Positions 31,467-43,777 of a stretch of 64,000 nt of DNA are shown here, in pieces. The position numbers and the translations under genes were made by a program. Under the pieces are notes generated by a model, which saw only the letters and a program-made list of their open reading frames with translations, did no database searches and was not told where the DNA came from. The DNA comes from Escherichia phage 132. The DNA lies in the sequence record MZ417521; one strand, 5' to 3'. Position 1 is the first letter of the stretch; each line of letters starts with the position of its first letter.

Positions 31467-31693
31467 TTATTTTTCTCAACCAATGATTGAATATAATCAT
31501 GCAGGTCTTTAGATGCTTTACCCCACTTATTTTGGTATTCATTTTTGAGATTAGCACGTGATTGAGCTAATAAAACATCATTAGTTGGAGGTAAAGATTC
31601 TAATCGTTGAATCTGGCGTCCATAAATCATTGCAGCCATCTCAGATTCATAAATCAATCCTTTGAGATGTTCAAATTGATGCCATGAAATCAT
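31463..31693 (-). CDS. Hypothetical protein, pseT.x cluster
   Basis: 76-aa ORF. Confidence 0.6.
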
Positions 31694-31989
31694 TTACATT
31701 TATCCTCTTTTAGCTCTTGACGATAATAACATATCATAGTTTTTTGATCATGTACATATCGTTTTACATCATTAAGCCAAATGCGAAATTCCTGGGAATC
31801 TTCAAATGGCATACCGACCCAAGCTTTGCCATCAATAACTTTAACTTGCCAAGATAGTTTAGCTTCATCATATGACTTTATCTGCAAAGGCCAATTAGGA
31901 TGAACTGTTTCTTTCTTTACTTCTAGAGGCTTTGTCGAACAACCAACTAGAAGACCAATAGATAATATTACTGCCGATAGTTTAATCAT
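31690..31989 (-). CDS. Outer-membrane spanin (o-spanin, lipoprotein)
   Basis: 99 aa; signal peptide with lipobox LLVGC; directly downstream of the i-spanin-like gene. Confidence 0.7.
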   Translation of the reverse strand: MIKLSAVILSIGLLVGCSTKPLEVKKETVHPNWPLQIKSYDEAKLSWQVKVIDGKAWVGMPFEDSQEFRIWLNDVKRYVHDQKTMICYYRQELKEDKCK

Positions 31990-32339
31990 TTAGAAAGGTC
32001 CTGGATGTCTTCTGCGAACTTGTTGAAGGAGTTGTTGATTTGTTTTTCAACCAATCCTGGCTTATGAGCCACCACATCCGCCTTCTTTGCGTCTTTGCGC
32101 AGTTTTTCATTTTCACGCTCAATAGCAGCAATTGCCTCACGATTTTTATTATTCATCGCATCAATATAATTATACTGAATTCGCAAATTATCTAATGCTA
32201 AAGCGTTTTCATTGGCCGTTTTTGTAATTTCAGTAATCGATGTTTCTAATCTTTCTACCTTATTTTTTAAAATAATAGATGTTCCGCCAAATGCTATTAC
32301 AAGTAATAGCAATCCAGCTGTAAAATTACTTACATGCAT
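31986..32339 (-). CDS. Inner-membrane spanin (i-spanin, Rz-like)
   Basis: 117 aa; N-terminal TM helix TAGLLLLVIAFGGTSIIL then coiled-coil-like region. Confidence 0.7.
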   Translation of the reverse strand: MHVSNFTAGLLLLVIAFGGTSIILKNKVERLETSITEITKTANENALALDNLRIQYNYIDAMNNKNREAIAAIERENEKLRKDAKKADVVAHKPGLVEKQINNSFNKFAEDIQDLSK

Positions 32340-32836
32340 AAAGTTTTAATAACCTCTACAATATCGTCTTGAGAAAGACCGTTAATTAAAATATGATGTT
32401 CAGCTGGAGATTTAGAAATTTTAAAGCATGCCTCAACATCTTCTGCCATATCTGATGCACTACGATTTGGATTACTAATTCCAAGACGATGTTTTCCCGT
32501 CAAAGGATTAACGATGATGTAGCATTTACAGCTATTAATGTGAACATTAGGTTGAGTCTGATTAATGAATACTTCGCAGTCGTATTTCGCAAGCTGATTT
32601 TCTAAAAAGACTTTCATCTCCTCAACCGCATCAGGAAGCATATCACGGGCTTGCTCAAGACGACGATTTCGATATTCTTTAATGGTCGTTTTCCGCTTTG
32701 CTTGCTTAGCTAAATCTTTCTTAAGATCGGTGATATATCCAACTCGACGATTTCCTTTAAATACAGAAATCCCATCCGTGGTATCACCGTATGCTTCAAC
32801 GACCATTTCAGTAGTAATAAGCTGTAAATCCATCAT
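32330..32836 (-). CDS. alc: Alc, inhibitor of host transcription on cytosine-containing DNA
   Basis: 168 aa (167 from second Met), T4 alc position. Confidence 0.88.
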   Translation of the reverse strand: MMDLQLITTEMVVEAYGDTTDGISVFKGNRRVGYITDLKKDLAKQAKRKTTIKEYRNRRLEQARDMLPDAVEEMKVFLENQLAKYDCEVFINQTQPNVHINSCKCYIIVNPLTGKHRLGISNPNRSASDMAEDVEACFKISKSPAEHHILINGLSQDDIVEVIKTLCM

Positions 32837-32861
32837 AAAGTCCTCATGTTATGTCAGTAAG

Positions 32862-32896
32862 TCTACTATAACACAACATGAGGAACTTGTAAACAG
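32862..32896 (-). promoter_or_regulatory. T4-type early promoter for alc
   Basis: Minus strand GTTTAC, 17-nt spacer, TATAGT; leader shared with the 17040 promoter. Confidence 0.55.
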
Positions 32897-32897
32897 C

Positions 32898-34485
<1,588 letters not shown>

Positions 34486-34492
34486 AATAAAA

Positions 34493-34508
34493 TGGGCCTT
34501 GCGGCCCA
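34493..34508 (-). terminator. Hairpin TGGGCC-TTGC-GGCCCA between nrdB and denA
   Basis: 6-bp GC stem seen in sequence. Confidence 0.5.
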
Positions 34509-34512
34509 CTCC

Positions 34513-35691
34513 TTAAAAATATTTTTTAAAACTCATCATAACTTTATCATCAACATCATTATCAATCTGTGCTACAAGGTAAGATGACAGTTCTACTTCT
34601 TGTGGCGCGGATTGAACATTATCAGAATTAAGGTATTCACGAATCCAAGGATATGGATGTTTAACCGGAGCATCGATAATTGGGCATGGAAGACCACACT
34701 GTTTCATACGAGATACAGTTAAGTAATCAATAAAGCTCCACATGCTATTTGTATTTAATCCAGGAACATCACCATCTTTAAATAAATGAACTGCCCAGTC
34801 TTTTTCTTGGCGGTTAACTTCCATGAAAATATCAACTGCTTCTTGTTCACACTCTTGAGCAATTTTAACCCATTCATCACCGTCAGTGCCAAGTTGAAGT
34901 TGACGAATAATATATTGAGTGCCTTTAAGATGAAGTTGTTCATCACGCGCAATGAACTTCATAATCTTGGCATTACCTTCCATGATTTCCATGTTCTTAT
35001 GGAAGTTAAAGGTACATGCGAAAGATACATAAAAACGAATAGCTTCCAATGCATTGATTACATGGAGGCAAAGATAAAGAGATTTCATTAGTGCTCGTTT
35101 AGCTTCGGCTTCTTGTTTAATAGCTCGATTTAAACGAAAATCAGCATCAGGAGATTCTTTAGCTAGTTCTACAAATTCTTTAGCATTTTCCCATTCACGG
35201 GTCTTCTTAAGAACATCATCGTAATAGCGGCCAATGGACTCAGCGCGTTTCATAATATCTTCATCTAATACAATCTCATCAAATACCTTTGATGGGTCAG
35301 TATAAAGATTTCGCATGATATGAGTATATGAACGGCTGTGAATAGTTTCACTAAAAGTCCATGTAGCAACCCATGTATCAAGGCTTGGGTCTGAAATTAA
35401 CGACATAAGTACAGCAGACGGTGCACGACCCTGAATGCTATCCAAAAGTGATTGATACTTCAGGTTATTAGTAAAAATATCTTGCTGATACTGAGGAAGC
35501 TTGTTAAATTGTGCAGCATCCATCATTAAGTTTACTTCTTCAGGACGCCAGAAAAATGACAACTGCTTTTCGGTTAAATCTTCAAAAACTTTATGACGTT
35601 GAATATCATAACGCGCAATACCAAGACCTGATCCGAAGAACATAGGTTCTTTTAAAACATCAACTGGATTTGTATTAAAAACTGTGCTCAT
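34513..35691 (-). CDS. nrdB: Ribonucleotide reductase small subunit, uninterrupted (no intron)
   Basis: 392 aa continuous ORF; T4 nrdB carries a group I intron. Confidence 0.95.
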   Translation of the reverse strand: MSTVFNTNPVDVLKEPMFFGSGLGIARYDIQRHKVFEDLTEKQLSFFWRPEEVNLMMDAAQFNKLPQYQQDIFTNNLKYQSLLDSIQGRAPSAVLMSLISDPSLDTWVATWTFSETIHSRSYTHIMRNLYTDPSKVFDEIVLDEDIMKRAESIGRYYDDVLKKTREWENAKEFVELAKESPDADFRLNRAIKQEAEAKRALMKSLYLCLHVINALEAIRFYVSFACTFNFHKNMEIMEGNAKIMKFIARDEQLHLKGTQYIIRQLQLGTDGDEWVKIAQECEQEAVDIFMEVNRQEKDWAVHLFKDGDVPGLNTNSMWSFIDYLTVSRMKQCGLPCPIIDAPVKHPYPWIREYLNSDNVQSAPQEVELSSYLVAQIDNDVDDKVMMSFKKYF

Positions 35692-35742
35692 AAATTTTCC
35701 GCTTAGTTAGTAGATAGTGACTCGTCCGTGAGTCAAATTATA

Positions 35743-38007
35743 TCATAATTTACAGGATGAACAATCTTCAGCTTTTGGAGTTTCTATTTCATAATCATCA
35801 GTACCAGAACCGTCGCGGGTATTATGATAATAGAAATTTTTTCCGCCAAAATACCAAAAGTACAAAAGGTCATCAATCATTACAGACATTGGAACCTTTC
35901 CTTTTGGAAAAATCTGCGGGTCATAATATGTATTCGCTGAAGCTGATTGACATACCCATTTCAGCATAATAGCTACCTGCGTAAGATAAGGTTTATTACC
36001 TTTCTTAGCTAATTTCCATGTATAATCATAGAGGTCTATGTTATGTTCAATATTGGGCACGACTTGATTAAAGGAACCCTCTTTTGATTCTTTAACCGAG
36101 ACTGGTCCACGTGGAGGCTCGATACCGTTTGTACTGTTAGAAACTTGGGAAGATGACTCACATGGCATAAGTGCTGATAATGTGCTATTACGGATGCCAA
36201 AGAGCTTAAGGTCTTCCCGCAGCGACGACCAGTCACAAACGTATTTTGGAGCTGCGATTTGGTCAATCTTTTTATTGTACCAGTCGATAGGTAATTCGCC
36301 TCGAGACCAACGAGTGTCTGAATAATATTCGCAAGGTCCTTTTTCTTTGGCGAGCTTAATGGATGCTTTAATGAGTCCATACTGCAATCTCTCAAATAGT
36401 TCATGTGTTAAATCGTTAGCATCTTCATAAGAAGCAAAGTTACTTGCCAGCCAAGCTGCATAGTTGGTAACACCTACGCCAAGATTACGACGCTTTTTAG
36501 CTTTTTCTGCTTCAGGAACTGGATATCCTTGGTAATCCAAAAGATTATCAAGAGCGCGAACTTGAACTTCTGCTAATTCATTAATTTTATCTTGGTCTTG
36601 CCAATCGAAGTTATCCAACACAAATGCAGATAACGTACACAATCCAATTTCAGCATCAGGACTATTTACATCATTTGTTGGAATAGCAATTTCACAACAC
36701 AAGTTACTCTGGCGAATAGGTGCCTTTTCACGAATAAACGGAGTATAGTTATTCGTATTATCAATGAACTGCACATAAATCCTTGCTGTTCCTGAGCGTT
36801 CAGTCATGAGCAATTCAAATAGTTCACGGGCTTTAATACGCTTTTTACGAATATTAGGGTCTTTTTCTGCGGCTTCATATAATTCACGGAAACGGTCTTG
36901 GTCTTTAAAATAAGAATAATAAAGCTCGCCACCCATTTCGTGTGGACTGAACAAAGTAATGTAGTCGTTCTTTCCGAATCGTTCCATCATTAGGTCATTC
37001 AGCTGGACACCATAATCCATATGGCGGATACGGTTTTCTTCTACGCCTTTGTTATTTTTCAAAACGAGAAGATTTTCAACTTCCAAATGCCAAATAGGAT
37101 AATAAGCAGTAGCAGCGCCGCCACGAATTCCGCCCTGTGAACATGATTTAACAGCAGTCTGAAAATGTTTCCAAAAAGGAATAACACCAGTATGACGCAC
37201 TTCACCTGTGCCAATCTTAGAACCTTCGGCACGAATCATACCAACGTTAATACCAATTCCAGCGCGTTTGGAGATATATTCAACAATTGAAGCGGAAGCC
37301 TTATTGATAGACTTCAGCGAATCACCTGCCTCAATAACAACGCATGAACTAAACTGTCGAGTCGGAGTACGACAGCCAGCCATAATAGGAGTTGGTAATG
37401 AAATCTGTCGAGTAGATACTGCTTCATAAAAACGAATAACATGTTTTAATCTATTAACAGGTTCATCTTGATGCAATGCCATTCCAATAGTCATAAATGC
37501 AAACTGTGGAGTTTCATAAATTTGACCAGTGGTTTTATCTTTAACGAGATATTTTTCTTTTAATTGCATCGCCCCGGAATAAGTAAATTCCATATCCCGC
37601 TCGTGCTTAATTTTTGATTCTAAAAATGTAATTTCTTCTGCAGAATATTTTGACAACAATTCAGGGTCATATTTACCTTCATTTACACAGTAAGAAATAT
37701 GGTCAATAAATGAACGTGGTTCATACTGACCGTAAACATGCTTACGAAGAGCAAACATTAAACAGCGTGCAGCTACATATTGATAATCAGGCTCTTCAAC
37801 TGAAATAGAATTCGCAGCAGCCTTAATTACAATGGTTTGAATGTCATCAGTGGTCATTCCATCACGGAGATATGATTTAATATTTTCATATAATTCATAA
37901 GGATCTACAGATGTTCCTTCAGCTGCCCAAGATAAAACTTTAATAATTTTTTGCGGGTCAAAGCTTTGAGAAACACCACTACTTTTGATAACATTAATTA
38001 ATTGCAT
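35743..38007 (-). CDS. nrdA: Ribonucleotide reductase large subunit
   Basis: 754 aa; N-terminal ATP-cone, C-terminal CxxC. Confidence 0.96.
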   Translation of the reverse strand: MQLINVIKSSGVSQSFDPQKIIKVLSWAAEGTSVDPYELYENIKSYLRDGMTTDDIQTIVIKAAANSISVEEPDYQYVAARCLMFALRKHVYGQYEPRSFIDHISYCVNEGKYDPELLSKYSAEEITFLESKIKHERDMEFTYSGAMQLKEKYLVKDKTTGQIYETPQFAFMTIGMALHQDEPVNRLKHVIRFYEAVSTRQISLPTPIMAGCRTPTRQFSSCVVIEAGDSLKSINKASASIVEYISKRAGIGINVGMIRAEGSKIGTGEVRHTGVIPFWKHFQTAVKSCSQGGIRGGAATAYYPIWHLEVENLLVLKNNKGVEENRIRHMDYGVQLNDLMMERFGKNDYITLFSPHEMGGELYYSYFKDQDRFRELYEAAEKDPNIRKKRIKARELFELLMTERSGTARIYVQFIDNTNNYTPFIREKAPIRQSNLCCEIAIPTNDVNSPDAEIGLCTLSAFVLDNFDWQDQDKINELAEVQVRALDNLLDYQGYPVPEAEKAKKRRNLGVGVTNYAAWLASNFASYEDANDLTHELFERLQYGLIKASIKLAKEKGPCEYYSDTRWSRGELPIDWYNKKIDQIAAPKYVCDWSSLREDLKLFGIRNSTLSALMPCESSSQVSNSTNGIEPPRGPVSVKESKEGSFNQVVPNIEHNIDLYDYTWKLAKKGNKPYLTQVAIMLKWVCQSASANTYYDPQIFPKGKVPMSVMIDDLLYFWYFGGKNFYYHNTRDGSGTDDYEIETPKAEDCSSCKL

Positions 38008-38324
38008 AAGTCCTCAACTTGAAAATCGTCTTTAAACAATCGGTTAACTATATGAGCTATTATATCACCATGACACGGCTTTGGTTTACATGTGCATCCT
38101 AGCCTCATTCCACGTAAAGGCTCTAAATGTGCTTTAGTTATTTCTCCGGATTTAATTCGACGTATAAAATCTTTTTTGAATAATTCAATGGCAGCCTCCC
38201 GGCTGCCAGCATCTTTACCGACGTAATTTCCCCAAAATGTACCACGGTGAATATTAACATCAAAGTCGGATTTATATTTATTCACTACCTGGCATAGACG
38301 GCCCGCGCGGTGATAATTCGTCAT
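37998..38324 (-). CDS. DUF4326-like protein, at the T4 nrdA.1 position
   Basis: 108 aa; GNY...R..AI..F and C-terminal [12 protein letters not shown] resemble the DUF4326 signature. Confidence 0.6.
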   Translation of the reverse strand: MTNYHRAGRLCQVVNKYKSDFDVNIHRGTFWGNYVGKDAGSREAAIELFKKDFIRRIKSGEITKAHLEPLRGMRLGCTCKPKPCHGDIIAHIVNRLFKDDFQVEDLCN

Positions 38325-38553
38325 ATTGTTTTTCCGTTAAAACAGTAATATCATAGTAACAATCTGAAGAAGTTTTAACTGTAGAAATTTTATTATCAAA
38401 ATACTCACGAGTCATTTTATGAGTATAATATTTTTTGCCATAAATGATAATAGGCTGATTTGGTCCTGGAACTTCTAACTCACTTGGGTTAGGAAGTGTA
38501 AAAAGAACTACACCAGAAGTATCTTTAAATCGTAAAATCATATATCCTCGCAA
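38278..38553 (-). CDS. Hypothetical protein, at the T4 nrdA.2 position
   Basis: 91-aa ORF overlapping the previous ORF by 47 nt. Confidence 0.55.
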   Translation of the reverse strand: MRGYMILRFKDTSGVVLFTLPNPSELEVPGPNQPIIIYGKKYYTHKMTREYFDNKISTVKTSSDCYYDITVLTEKQYDELSPRGPSMPGSE

Positions 38554-38564
38554 TTAATAATTAA

Positions 38565-39425
38565 TTACACCGCCATTTTTCCTTTAATAGGAGGGTGTGA
38601 TTCGTAACCTTTAAGAACGAAATCTTTAGGCCTGAGTTTAAGAACATATTTTAATTGTTCTTTAGTAGAAAGATGACGGAATTTATAAGGCAATCCGCCT
38701 ATTACCAGTTCACAAAGCTCTTTAGGTTCACGACGTAAAATTTCTTTACATTGTTCAACGTGATTCATATAGATATGAGTATTACCGCCAGAAAATATCA
38801 AATCTCCAGGAATAAGATTACACATCTTAGCTACAATATGAACTAACGCAGCATATGATGCAATATTAAATGGAAGACCGAGGAAAACATCTACTGATCG
38901 TTGATACCACTGTAAATCCAAATAGCCATTACGCACATTAAACTGATAGAACATGTGACAAGGCGGTAATGCCATTTGCTTGAGTTCAGCTGGATTCCAT
39001 GCTGAAACAACTTGACGTCTATCATTTGGCAGTTTTTTAATACGATCAATAACTTCTACAATTTGGTCTACACCGCCAAAATCACGCCATTGTTTTCCAT
39101 AAATTGGACCAAGTTCACCGCTATGGTATCCTAAATCTTTTGCTTGATTTTCGTAATTTTCATCCCAGACTGTTTTGCCTTGAATTAATGAATCATGCTG
39201 AATTAATCGTAAATCATTTACGTTAGTACTTCCTGACAAAAACCATATTAGCTCAGCAATACAAGCTTTCCAGGCGAGCTTCTTAGTCGTTACTGCAGGA
39301 AAACCTTTAGTTAAATCCCAGCGTAATTTAGTACCGAACAAAGCAATTGTTCCTGTGCCTGTTCGGTCATCGGTTTCATAGCCATTTTCAAAAATGTCTT
39401 TAATTAAATCTTGGTATTGTTTCAT
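38565..39425 (-). CDS. td: Thymidylate synthase, uninterrupted (no intron)
   Basis: 286 aa continuous ORF; active-site region around LPPCHMFYQF. Confidence 0.96.
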   Translation of the reverse strand: MKQYQDLIKDIFENGYETDDRTGTGTIALFGTKLRWDLTKGFPAVTTKKLAWKACIAELIWFLSGSTNVNDLRLIQHDSLIQGKTVWDENYENQAKDLGYHSGELGPIYGKQWRDFGGVDQIVEVIDRIKKLPNDRRQVVSAWNPAELKQMALPPCHMFYQFNVRNGYLDLQWYQRSVDVFLGLPFNIASYAALVHIVAKMCNLIPGDLIFSGGNTHIYMNHVEQCKEILRREPKELCELVIGGLPYKFRHLSTKEQLKYVLKLRPKDFVLKGYESHPPIKGKMAV

Positions 39426-39470
39426 TTAGTACCTTATATAAATTATAATACATTTTATGAAGCTAAATAA

Positions 39471-39833
39471 TCAATACGGTTTAGCATCAAATTTTCTTTC
39501 AATTTCAGGCGTGAAATACAATTCTTTACCGCGTTTGGAAAAGCGACCAATAATATGATAATTATTCTCATCAAACGTAATATTGCCAATATCCATAGCT
39601 TTCAACCAAATATCGATATTTCTATCCAGTTTTATATCAAAATTCCAATACGGAGAACTATTACCGAAAATACTGCAAGCGGATTCAGTGCAATAACTGC
39701 TGCTATAAATCTTGTCTTTGGGAACTACTAATTGATAGACGCCTTTGATAAACTGAGGACCCTGCCATTTTGGTTGTTTCGCGTCTTTTTCTAATAGAAT
39801 AGGATAATAATTAAAGTTCATATTTTCCGCCAC
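39471..39833 (-). CDS. Hypothetical protein inserted between frd and td
   Basis: 120-aa ORF with no recognisable motif, tightly packed between frd stop and td start. Confidence 0.7.
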   Translation of the reverse strand: MAENMNFNYYPILLEKDAKQPKWQGPQFIKGVYQLVVPKDKIYSSSYCTESACSIFGNSSPYWNFDIKLDRNIDIWLKAMDIGNITFDENNYHIIGRFSKRGKELYFTPEIERKFDAKPY

Positions 39834-39841
39834 GCGTTATT

Positions 39842-40671
<830 letters not shown>

Positions 40672-40681
40672 ATTATTTTCC

Positions 40682-40924
40682 TTAAACAGACTTTTTCACA
40701 ATTTTCCAATCAGCTTTAAACTGTTCAACGTCAGAGTGGTAAATCCAGAATCCTGCGCTTTCTCCATCCTCATAAAGAGGGCATCCATCGCATTCATCTT
40801 CCCATCCCATGTCACGTAAAAGATGTTCAGCTTTTTCAACAAGTTCAGAATCTTTACCTATGATATTAAAATACCATTTACCTCTAACTTCTGAATCTTT
40901 AATGCTCTGGCGTTGTAATCTCAT
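40682..40924 (-). CDS. Hypothetical protein, frd.x cluster
   Basis: 80-aa ORF with upstream early promoter. Confidence 0.65.
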   Translation of the reverse strand: MRLQRQSIKDSEVRGKWYFNIIGKDSELVEKAEHLLRDMGWEDECDGCPLYEDGESAGFWIYHSDVEQFKADWKIVKKSV

Positions 40925-40934
40925 TTTATTCTCC

Positions 40935-40975
40935 TTAGTTGATAGGGTAATAGTATCACACTACTACCCTACTGT
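40935..40975 (-). promoter_or_regulatory. T4-type early promoter
   Basis: Minus strand GTTTAC, spacer, TATTAC, then conserved cctatcaact start region. Confidence 0.55.
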
Positions 40976-40978
40976 AAA

Positions 40979-41359
40979 CTACTTTTTGAAAGTTTTTCGC
41001 AAAAGTTCAATGATTTCATCTACATTGTTTTCGTCTACAATGCAGTGAATTTTTGTTACGCCAGAAATCTTGTCTTCGACTTCATCTTCTTCAGAAGTCG
41101 GTTCTTTATACTCACGAAAACAATGAAATTCGTCTTCACAAATTTCTAAAAGTCTATCTTTGAGGTAAAAATGCTTTCCATTTGCGCATTCAATGTGTTT
41201 TACTGCTTTATATCCATTAGCGACAGAAACTTCTTTAACTTCAAACCATCCGCCATTATCTCGAATAGCTTTAACTATTGATGAATTAGAACGTGGGCTA
41301 TAATTAATAAATGTATCAATAAGTCTTGGAACAAGTTCATACTTTCTACCAGTATACAT
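40979..41359 (-). CDS. Hypothetical protein, frd.x cluster
   Basis: 126-aa ORF. Confidence 0.65.
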   Translation of the reverse strand: MYTGRKYELVPRLIDTFINYSPRSNSSIVKAIRDNGGWFEVKEVSVANGYKAVKHIECANGKHFYLKDRLLEICEDEFHCFREYKEPTSEEDEVEDKISGVTKIHCIVDENNVDEIIELLRKTFKK

Positions 41360-41379
41360 TGTGTTTTCCTCATTTTAAC

Positions 41380-41396
41380 GGGGCTGTAATAGCCCC
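41380..41396 (-). terminator. Hairpin GGGGCT-GTAAT-AGCCCC
   Basis: 6-bp GC stem seen in sequence. Confidence 0.45.
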
Positions 41397-41403
41397 TTGA
41401 TAA

Positions 41404-41634
41404 TTATTGTTCAATCAGTCCCATATAAAATTCTGCATCTTCAGAATCCATGCCATCACAATATTCATTAGCCATAAAGCGGGTGAGGTCTTCAAGAGGA
41501 CCTTCAATGACAATAGAAAAATTGCAATAATTGGGATCATCATGAATACTTGTGATACTAAGTTCAGGATAACGATTACGAATAATTTCTTCAATATATT
41601 CAAAATCAACGATGTCAATATCAACTTTAGCCAT
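41404..41634 (-). CDS. Hypothetical acidic protein, at the T4 32.1 position
   Basis: 76-aa ORF downstream of gene 32. Confidence 0.6.
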   Translation of the reverse strand: MAKVDIDIVDFEYIEEIIRNRYPELSITSIHDDPNYCNFSIVIEGPLEDLTRFMANEYCDGMDSEDAEFYMGLIEQ

Positions 41635-41664
41635 ATTATTTTCCTCTTTTAATCATCAGCAGTA

Positions 41665-41712
41665 TTGCCGATAGTTGTATAGTACCATGGAATGACAAGA
41701 ATGTAAACTGTT
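41665..41712 (-). promoter_or_regulatory. T4-type early promoter with A/T-rich UP element
   Basis: Minus strand aaaattttttcacaaaac-GTTTAC, 17-nt spacer, TATACA; near-identical cassette at 58315-58362. Confidence 0.6.
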
Positions 41713-41739
41713 TTGTGAAAAAATTTTAAAATAAAAAAA

Positions 41740-41758
41740 GGGGACCTCTAGGGTCCCC
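41740..41758 (-). terminator. Hairpin GGGGACC-TCTA-GGGTCCCC downstream of gene 32
   Basis: 8-bp GC stem, T-run on the minus strand. Confidence 0.6.
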
Positions 41759-41780
41759 AATTAATTAGTAATATAATCTA

Positions 41781-42689
41781 TTAAAGGTCATTCAAAAGGT
41801 CATCCAGGTCCGTGTCATCAGCACCAGATGAACTGCCAGAGCTTGAGCTCATAAAATCATCTTCAGTTTTTGTTTTGAAGTCATCAACATTGAATGCATC
41901 CAAATCATCAGCAACTTTATCAGCTTTCTTAGCGGCAGTTGCTGCGGCACCGCCCATAGCAGCAGTTCCCATAACTTGACTGAACTTAGTGCTCAGTTCT
42001 TCAAACGATTTGAATTTATCTTTAGAAGTCATTTCAGAAAGGTCAACCATTTGTTCGAACAGTTCTTTCTGGAAAGATTCATCATCAATGTTTGGAATCG
42101 CAGATTGATTCAGGAATTTAGATTCGTCGTAGTTACTAAAACCAGAAACTTGTTTAACTTTCAGTACAAAGTTAGCACCTTCCCACGGACAAGTTACATC
42201 AACCGGAGTTTCACCCATTTCAACATCAACTGCAATCATTGCATTGATTTTATCCCAGATTTTCTTACCGAAACGGTATTTAAATACTTTACCTTCATTT
42301 TCTGGAGCAGCTGGGTCTTTTACTACAAGAATGTTAGCCCAGTAAGAAGTTTTACGTTTAACAAGACCGTACTCTTTATTGTCAGTGTTATACAAATCAT
42401 TTTTACTGATGTACTGACATACTGGACAAGAATCGTAATCACCGTGGGTAGATGAACAGTTTTCAATATACCATTTACCATTTTTCTTGAAACCGTGATT
42501 TACAAGAATTGCGAATGGTGCTTGTTCATCATTTTTAGACGGAAGAAAACGAATTACTGCTTGACCGTTACCCGCATTGTCGAGTTTCAGTTTCCACTCG
42601 CCTTTATCTTCAGAAGAAAAACCACCTTTATTTCCAGCCAGTTTAGCCATTTGTGCAGCGAGTTCAGCAGTAGATTTACGTTTAAACAT
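41781..42689 (-). CDS. 32: Single-stranded DNA-binding protein gp32
   Basis: 302 aa; zinc site around [10 protein letters not shown]; acidic C-terminal tail [12 protein letters not shown]. Confidence 0.96.
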   Translation of the reverse strand: MFKRKSTAELAAQMAKLAGNKGGFSSEDKGEWKLKLDNAGNGQAVIRFLPSKNDEQAPFAILVNHGFKKNGKWYIENCSSTHGDYDSCPVCQYISKNDLYNTDNKEYGLVKRKTSYWANILVVKDPAAPENEGKVFKYRFGKKIWDKINAMIAVDVEMGETPVDVTCPWEGANFVLKVKQVSGFSNYDESKFLNQSAIPNIDDESFQKELFEQMVDLSEMTSKDKFKSFEELSTKFSQVMGTAAMGGAAATAAKKADKVADDLDAFNVDDFKTKTEDDFMSSSSGSSSGADDTDLDDLLNDL

Positions 42690-42755
42690 TTTTATTTCCT
42701 TTTTAATTTAATTAACAGTTGGTGCTATGACGATGTATGACCTCATAGCTGGTCA
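42690..42755 (-). promoter_or_regulatory. Gene 32 translational operator: A/U-rich leader plus 5' pseudoknot
   Basis: Minus strand UGACCAGCUAUGAGGUCAUACAUCGUCAUAGC (stems UGACC/GGUCA and GCUAUGA/UCAUAGC) followed by A/U-rich tract up to the ATG. Confidence 0.75.
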
Positions 42756-42772
42756 GTGAGATAATTATAATC

Positions 42773-42780
42773 TATTTATA
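42773..42780 (-). promoter_or_regulatory. Late promoter TATAAATA (minus strand) upstream of gene 32
   Basis: Complement of plus-strand tatttata. Confidence 0.55.
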
Positions 42781-42788
42781 ATAAGCAA

Positions 42789-43442
42789 TTAATACTTGCA
42801 GGATTTCACAGTTTCAATGAAAACACTTTTGGCTTTCTGTGAATCAATATTTAAAATTTTTCTATAAGCTTTTAACTTTATAGAATAATTATTCCAGATT
42901 AAATTATCAGTCTGTTCATCATGTTTATCAATTATATTTAAAAACGAATCAAGCAAGATAAACGTCTCAAACGAAATTATATTCGATTGAAGTAGTTTAA
43001 AAATATAACTTGATTGAACTTTTGGATTATATTCAAAGATTTCTTTAAAAGCAGAAACTTCAACTTTTTTACTAAAATAGTAAATATTGCGAATATCTTC
43101 TTCAAACTTAAATTTAATTTGCTTTAAGCGTCCGATATATTCACGATAAAACACAAGTGCATCAGCGTCAGAGATGTCACCAATCCAAGCATCCTGGTTA
43201 GCAACAAGATTGCTTATAAAGATTAAAGCAAGTTCCTTTAATTTATATTTTTCTGATAACTTCTGGAAAAAATACTTATCCCTTCGCTTTTGATAAGCGG
43301 CATCAGACACCCGCATGCACCAATTATACTTAATTACATCATACTTTCCATTCATATGTTGTTTTATCATTAAGTATAATTTATAAACTGATTTACCATC
43401 AATATATCTTTCACCACCAGCAGGCATGCGGAGTTTAATCAT
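42789..43442 (-). CDS. 59: Helicase loader gp59
   Basis: 217 aa, same as T4 gp59. Confidence 0.92.
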   Translation of the reverse strand: MIKLRMPAGGERYIDGKSVYKLYLMIKQHMNGKYDVIKYNWCMRVSDAAYQKRRDKYFFQKLSEKYKLKELALIFISNLVANQDAWIGDISDADALVFYREYIGRLKQIKFKFEEDIRNIYYFSKKVEVSAFKEIFEYNPKVQSSYIFKLLQSNIISFETFILLDSFLNIIDKHDEQTDNLIWNNYSIKLKAYRKILNIDSQKAKSVFIETVKSCKY

Positions 43443-43777
43443 AGTAGAAAATCTAATGTATTAGTTTTTTCACAACGAACAACAGAAGGACGTAAAAGAT
43501 TTTCGTCAATAGCTTCTGACTGAATTTTTTCAATTATACCCGAAGGAATAAATTTAGCAAATTGAGTTTCAGGAATAGAATTTTCTTCCAAGAATGCTGT
43601 TGTAGCTTCAAGATAACTCATTCCAAACTCTTCTACCATTTTTTCAATAATAAATCCATTTTCTTGGCGGTCAAGAAGTTTTGCTATTTCATCCTTTTCT
43701 TTCTTAATTGAAAGTTCTTTTTCTGAAAGACCGGTCTCATCGACCGGACGAATATCATTTAGAGAAAACTGTGTCAT
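43439..43777 (-). CDS. 33: Late transcription co-activator gp33
   Basis: 112 aa from MTQFSLNDIRP (track ORF 115 aa). Confidence 0.88.
   Translation of the reverse strand: MTQFSLNDIRPVDETGLSEKELSIKKEKDEIAKLLDRQENGFIIEKMVEEFGMSYLEATTAFLEENSIPETQFAKFIPSGIIEKIQSEAIDENLLRPSVVRCEKTNTLDFLL

Noticed and set aside
38565-39425. Possible group I intron with a homing endonuclease in td, and likewise in nrdB
   Set aside because: Both genes are single uninterrupted reading frames of the expected full length, with no intervening structured segment.
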